Shown one piece after another: positions 59,420 to 64,000 of a stretch of 64,000 bases of DNA; within the stretch, counting starts at the first letter, position 1; every line of letters begins with the position of its first letter. The DNA lies in NCBI GenBank assembly GCA_030599585.1, contig JAUVNS010000017.1:28471-92470 (forward strand), read 5' to 3'. The translations under genes were made by a program, and so were the position numbers. This DNA is from Promethearchaeota archaeon. GTDB taxonomy: Archaea; Asgardarchaeota; Lokiarchaeia; Sigyniarchaeales; SOKP01. Under the pieces are notes generated by a model. That model saw only the letters and a program-made list of their open reading frames with translations, made no database searches and was not told where the DNA came from.

Positions 59420-60775
59420 GTGTTTAAAATGTCTAGTGAAGAAGAAAAAAAGTTTATCGAAATTATTTCTCAAGATGTAGAATATTTAATCAAGAAAATA
59501 AAGATGAATGAAGCAGAATTATCAAAAAAACTTGATAATTTGATAAGAGATTGTGGTAATTTTAAAATTCAAGATAATTACTTTACATCAATAGTTAATA
59601 AATATTTATTTGATTCTGATATTGGTGGATATTTAGCACCCAAAAATAAAGCGTTTGAAATTAGATACTCTTTATTTAACAATATTCTTCTTGAAAAGTT
59701 AGAAGCTTCTCAAGTCAAACAAATATTCAATTATGCTTTTGATTATTTTGTCGTGCTGTATAAGTCTCCTGAGTTGTTATATATGTTATATCATGAAATC
59801 CTAAGGCAATTTTATTTAAATGGTAATAATTCAGTAGATATATTAAATAATATTATTAGAGAATGGAATCAATCATTTCTAGAAAGCTTACTCAATGTTA
59901 CAATAATAATCCCTTTATCTAACCTAAATATTATTGAAGAAAAAATATTGAGTTCTGATTTGAAAATAACAATGAGAGATGTATATGAAATTATAACTGA
60001 AACTGAGAAAATCCCTTATAATATTAACAATTTATTAACTCTTAATACACAAATAAGTTTCGGAGGTCAGCAAGACATACAATTCAATGAAAGAAAAGAA
60101 ATAACACTTAAAATTAATGAAGTTTTAATGAGCTTCTATCTTTGTGGTATAGAATTTAAAAAAGCAAGATATATTCTATTATCACCCTGGTGGATAGAAT
60201 CATATAATCAAGAAAAACTTCAAAATTTAGCAGCATGGGTCGGATATAATTATCCTGTGGATATAAATTCGATATTAAAGACTTATAATGCTATAAAAAA
60301 CAGTAAAATAATGCAAAATAAAAATTGGGATATAATTGTTTCAAGATATATGGAAATCTACAATCGTGATACATTATTAGACATACTTCTTGATGTCGCA
60401 ATAATTTTTGAGATAATTCTTACAAGGGGGCTTAGACAAGAATTAGGATATAGATTTAGGACAAATGGTGCATTTTTTCTGGGTGAAGATGAACAAGATT
60501 TTGATAATTATTATAAATTTTTCCAATCCTTGTATGAGATAAGAAGTAGTATTGTTCATGGAGGAAACTGGAAAAACGAATTAAATAACCAAATAGGAAA
60601 ATTAAATTTTATTTCTGAATTTGAATATAAAAAAGAATTATTTAGAATTTTAAATTTAACGCTATTAAAACTTATTGATCTCCAATTAACCCAAAATACC
60701 TCATTAACTGAACTTAAGGGACTATTTTTTATCAAATCATTTTTAAATAGAAATAAGAAAGAAGAAGTTAGATAA
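59420..60775 (+). CDS. ApeA-like HEPN-domain protein (putative RNase)
   Basis: AIIFEIIL...ELGYRFR...FLG...LYEIRSSIVHGG, an intact RxxxxH. Confidence 0.82.
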   Translation: MFKMSSEEEKKFIEIISQDVEYLIKKIKMNEAELSKKLDNLIRDCGNFKIQDNYFTSIVNKYLFDSDIGGYLAPKNKAFEIRYSLFNNILLEKLEASQVKQIFNYAFDYFVVLYKSPELLYMLYHEILRQFYLNGNNSVDILNNIIREWNQSFLESLLNVTIIIPLSNLNIIEEKILSSDLKITMRDVYEIITETEKIPYNINNLLTLNTQISFGGQQDIQFNERKEITLKINEVLMSFYLCGIEFKKARYILLSPWWIESYNQEKLQNLAAWVGYNYPVDINSILKTYNAIKNSKIMQNKNWDIIVSRYMEIYNRDTLLDILLDVAIIFEIILTRGLRQELGYRFRTNGAFFLGEDEQDFDNYYKFFQSLYEIRSSIVHGGNWKNELNNQIGKLNFISEFEYKKELFRILNLTLLKLIDLQLTQNTSLTELKGLFFIKSFLNRNKKEEVR

Positions 60776-61151
60776 TATTAAATTTAAAGACATGGATAAC
60801 GATGAATTTTAAATATAAGTACTCTAGAATGGAATTTTAGAGTCATTAATAAAGGAATAATGGATTCAAGAGTACGGAATTATAAGTTATGATGGGGTGG
60901 GAACCAATTATCGTCTAATAATGGAATCCGATTTAATTCAGATGAACAAAGGCTCTAAATCGTCGATTTCAAGGCAAGCTTTACTGCACTCTCGTTAAAT
61001 AAGATAAGAAAAAACGACACCTTTTTAGCAAAGTTAGAAAAACAAAAACTTTCCGAGACGCTACTTCATCTCGACGATGTCAAAAAGGGATTAGAATTTT
61101 TCCTTTATATACTATCACCTTTAGACTAAAGTAATTCAAAAATAAAATTAG

Positions 61152-63020
61152 ATGGATGCTATGGCGGTAAATGAGACCATAAGACAGTTTTTAGGAGATA
61201 AATACTCCGATCTCTCAGAATCGGATAGAGACAGGATTGAAAAAATCCAGAAAAAACATCTTCAAAATAATATTGCTCTGCTGGATTTGTATGGTGTAAG
61301 GGCTGAAAAAGTAGGAACTTATCCTTTTTTGTTGACTTTGAATAGTGATACCTTGAAAGAACGGTTTGAATTTTTACAATCTTTAGGTATTTCACTTAAG
61401 GAAATTAGAGGTAATCTAAAACTGCTTGAACGATCAACCATTACGCTTCAATCTCACTACAGTAGGCTAATCGCGATCAGTATGCCTCCTGAGAAGATTC
61501 TAAAGTGCACAAGAATTCTTTTATTAGCACCAACATCAATAGAGAAGAAACTTAAATATTACCAAGAGTTAGGATTAGAACGCCATAAAATAGTCCAAGC
61601 ACCGCGAACCTTACAGTTAAAAATTTCCACGGTAAAAGAGAGGTATAACTTTTTAAGATCGTTAGGACTTTCTAACTCGCAAATAAGTACTCACAACGCT
61701 TTGCTGTGTAAAACTAAAAAGACAATCCAAGAGAATTACGATTTTCTCATAGGGTGGGGAATAGTGCCAAGAAAACTACTTCAGGCTCCTGCTTTACTGG
61801 GAAAAAATCAAGATTCGCTCTATAATAATAAGAATTACCTCAAGTCGCTTGGAATCGAGGAGGGCAAAATTTTCCAGAGTTGTTCTTTATTAGGATTTAA
61901 AATGGAGTCGATTCAAAAGAAATTTGATTTTTTGGTCTCTCTGGGCATCTCTCAAAGCCAAATTGTCCGAAATCCGTTTTTATTATATCGCAAAATATCC
62001 TCGTTACAAGAAAAGCACGACTACCTTGTAAACTTAGGAATAAAACCTAAACTGATTTCAAGATATTCTACTTTACTAGGATACAACAGTAAAACGGTTG
62101 AAGCACATTTCAATAATTTAAGAACTATTGGGTTTCGCGATACCGATATATTAAGCTATCCTATAATCTTACAACTAAAACCTGAAACTGTAAAAGAAAA
62201 GTTGGATTGGCTACGATCAAAAGGACTTAGGGATCAAGATATTGTCAAAAGACCTCAGCTTTTAGCTCGTTCGCAAAAAAACTTAAATCAAAAACTAAAT
62301 TTCTTGGAAAACGAGTTTGGGTTTTCTAAAGACGAGCTATCTAAACATTCGAAGCTTCTATTTTCGAAGTTAGAGAGCGTTAAAAAGAAGCTTAATTTTC
62401 TCCAAAATTTGGGGATTGAAAAGAAGCGTATAGCAAAATTCCCTTCGCTTTTAGCTAGGAATATCGAGACGCTCCAGCACAATTTTAATTGTTTAAGAAA
62501 CTTAGGAGTTTCGGTCAAGAAAATCTCAACTTACGCAGGATTACTCCTTCGCGATCCTGATAGTTTAAATCGGAATTTCTGTTATCTGATGACTATTGGT
62601 GTAACTCGAGAAAATATTACGGATCACCCTCAACTCTTATCTTTGCATTGCGACGCTTTCGCTAAAGCTCTCCGTATATTTAAACTAAATATACTGGGTC
62701 TAAAAATTGCAGATAAGTTCAATCCAAACAAGATCAAGCATTATTTCAGTCGTTCCCAAGCCACAATCTTAGCGAAAAGTAAATTCTTGGAGAAAAACGA
62801 CGTTGATTGGACTAAAAATGTTTCTTGGCTTGGAGTTCCATGGCAATTTATGATTAAAAAAGCAACAGGAGTTCAAATGACAAAAAAGGAAGCGAGTGAG
62901 ATTTCAAAAACTTACACAGCACCCTTGAAAAAGAAATACGACAATTGGATGAAAGAATACAAACAATGGTGCGATCTATTTGCGATAAGAAGAGGTCGGA
63001 GATTGATAAGAAGGATTTAA
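61152..63020 (+). CDS. mTERF-like tandem repeat protein
   Basis: About 14 repeats of ~31-32 aa with consensus FLxxLGxxxxxIxxxPxLLxxxxxxLxxxx. Confidence 0.82.
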   Translation: MDAMAVNETIRQFLGDKYSDLSESDRDRIEKIQKKHLQNNIALLDLYGVRAEKVGTYPFLLTLNSDTLKERFEFLQSLGISLKEIRGNLKLLERSTITLQSHYSRLIAISMPPEKILKCTRILLLAPTSIEKKLKYYQELGLERHKIVQAPRTLQLKISTVKERYNFLRSLGLSNSQISTHNALLCKTKKTIQENYDFLIGWGIVPRKLLQAPALLGKNQDSLYNNKNYLKSLGIEEGKIFQSCSLLGFKMESIQKKFDFLVSLGISQSQIVRNPFLLYRKISSLQEKHDYLVNLGIKPKLISRYSTLLGYNSKTVEAHFNNLRTIGFRDTDILSYPIILQLKPETVKEKLDWLRSKGLRDQDIVKRPQLLARSQKNLNQKLNFLENEFGFSKDELSKHSKLLFSKLESVKKKLNFLQNLGIEKKRIAKFPSLLARNIETLQHNFNCLRNLGVSVKKISTYAGLLLRDPDSLNRNFCYLMTIGVTRENITDHPQLLSLHCDAFAKALRIFKLNILGLKIADKFNPNKIKHYFSRSQATILAKSKFLEKNDVDWTKNVSWLGVPWQFMIKKATGVQMTKKEASEISKTYTAPLKKKYDNWMKEYKQWCDLFAIRRGRRLIRRI

Positions 63021-63245
63021 CTAATTTATTACCCAATTTTTTGGCGTTAGATTTAGTCTCTTCAAAAAACAAGATAATTGCATGATGCTAATTCGGTTAA
63101 GTGGAAAGGTTTAAATAATCCCAAAAAAAAATAGATAGTGTTAAGAAAGATAAAAATAGTTAATTTTGTCTGGTCTCAATTTTGACTTTGATCAGAAAAA
63201 GAAGTAAGTAAGCAAATAAACAATAAAATAGGTATAAATTAAACC

Positions 63246-63365
63246 ATGACTCCTGTTGCCGCCCTGGATTTTTGTCTTTTGGTAGCGTGTTTTACACGCT
63301 CATTTCGCCCTCCTCCCCCTATTTTATTTTTGACCTTATTATTAGGTCTTGGTGACAGGGGTCAT
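63246..63365 (+). ncRNA. Candidate structured RNA, unknown family
   Basis: 15-bp closing stem AUGACUCCUGUUGCC/GGUGACAGGGGUCAU with 3 G-U pairs. Internal hairpins AGCGUGU-UUU-ACACGCU and GACCU-N7-AGGUC. GC-rich within AT-rich DNA. Confidence 0.5.
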
Positions 63366-63448
63366 CCTTTCTCTTCTTTGATTGAATAATTTTCGCTTTT
63401 TTGACAAATTTTTTTTTTTTTTAAATAGGTTTAGCGCTTCAAAGTGTC

Positions 63449-63727
63449 ATGAATAAAAATGCTAAAGTCATGGTTCGCGTTGAATACGAACGAGGTGGGA
63501 TAAGAAGAGTATGGTATGGCGAAATAGAAAAGGTAAAAATAGAAAATTTTAATGATGGAGCTGAGAATTTTATATGTATGGAAAACGAAGGAAACATCAA
63601 GTGGCTAGAAAAGAACTCATTGGTTTCCATAGAAATCCTACAGATTAAAACCGTAGTTCTTATAAAACCAAGGATTACAGATTTTAGTCGAGATCGTAGT
63701 CATAAGAATACCGGAATTTGTTTTTAA
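63449..63727 (+). CDS. Hypothetical small beta-rich protein
   Basis: 92-aa ATG ORF; no recognised motif. Confidence 0.45.
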   Translation: MNKNAKVMVRVEYERGGIRRVWYGEIEKVKIENFNDGAENFICMENEGNIKWLEKNSLVSIEILQIKTVVLIKPRITDFSRDRSHKNTGICF

Positions 63728-64000
63728 TTGTTAAAATCAAAAGTTTTGAGATTTTTTAACTTTTTCTTAAAGGAAATTAGTTCACATAATCAAAATTACG
63801 GTCTTAAAAACTTAGAAATAAAGTAATAAATCTTGTGAGATGTCTGGAAAAGAAAAGTTTTATGAACTGAATAAAAAAAAGAATAACATTTTACAAGATC
63901 CTCTAATGTCTTTAATATACGCGTAATTCAAATTAATGTGATTATTAATATTTTAAGAATAGAACAATTCTTTTCTTAATAATTACCATGAACTTAAACA

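Larger units (their letters stand above)
48600..64000. other. Accessory/defence island (boundaries approximate)
   Basis: Switch from housekeeping genes to Argonautes, nuclease, HEPN, NTase and orphan ORFs. Visibly higher AT content at ~48.8-56.2 kb. No integrase or att site seen. Confidence 0.7.

Noticed and set aside
60790-61130. Possible pseudogene between the HEPN and mTERF genes
   Set aside because: Short open stretches in two frames with several stops; no recognisable family.
63246-63365. SECIS element or 5S rRNA interpretation of the structured element
   Set aside because: Its AUGA is Watson-Crick paired rather than in a GA quartet, no UGA-interrupted selenoprotein lies nearby, and 5S conserved loops are absent.
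5432-63630. Numerous short antisense/overlapping ORFs in the track (e.g. 5432..5701, 6394..6699, 18974..19156, 24443..24862, 30814..31569, 36558..36884, 47369..47839, 50242..50508, 62288..62518)
   Set aside because: They lie opposite well-supported genes and carry no motifs; treated as shadow ORFs.

Overview
AT-rich archaeal chromosomal segment, most consistent with an Asgard archaeon of the Lokiarchaeia type. Support for this is inference from gene content: a divergent actin-family protein, two longin-like proteins, a DRG-like GTPase, PINA, a tRNA splicing endonuclease and a DUF5814-type helicase. Positions ~1-48.5 kb are mostly housekeeping, metabolic and transport genes. Positions ~48.6-64 kb are an accessory/defence island whose left half is visibly more AT-rich. 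The island's centrepiece is a tight minus-strand operon: calcineurin-like phosphoesterase, winged-helix-like protein, long Argonaute (PAZ-MID-PIWI, catalytically dead), a second degenerate MID-PIWI Argonaute, and a Cas4-like PD-(D/E)XK nuclease. Both Argonaute frames extend upstream of the ORF-track starts and appear to begin at non-AUG (ATT/ATA) codons behind SD-like motifs. The island also has a minimal nucleotidyltransferase, two HEPN-like proteins, a GGCT-like protein, an mTERF-repeat protein and a ~120-nt G-U-containing structured element. Elsewhere there is a repeat-protein gene flanked by a 46-bp direct repeat that copies the 3' end of an MFS gene, a perfect 18-bp palindrome before a ZIP/DtxR pair, and small ORFs missed by the track. 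All calls come from motif reading by eye; no searches were run.
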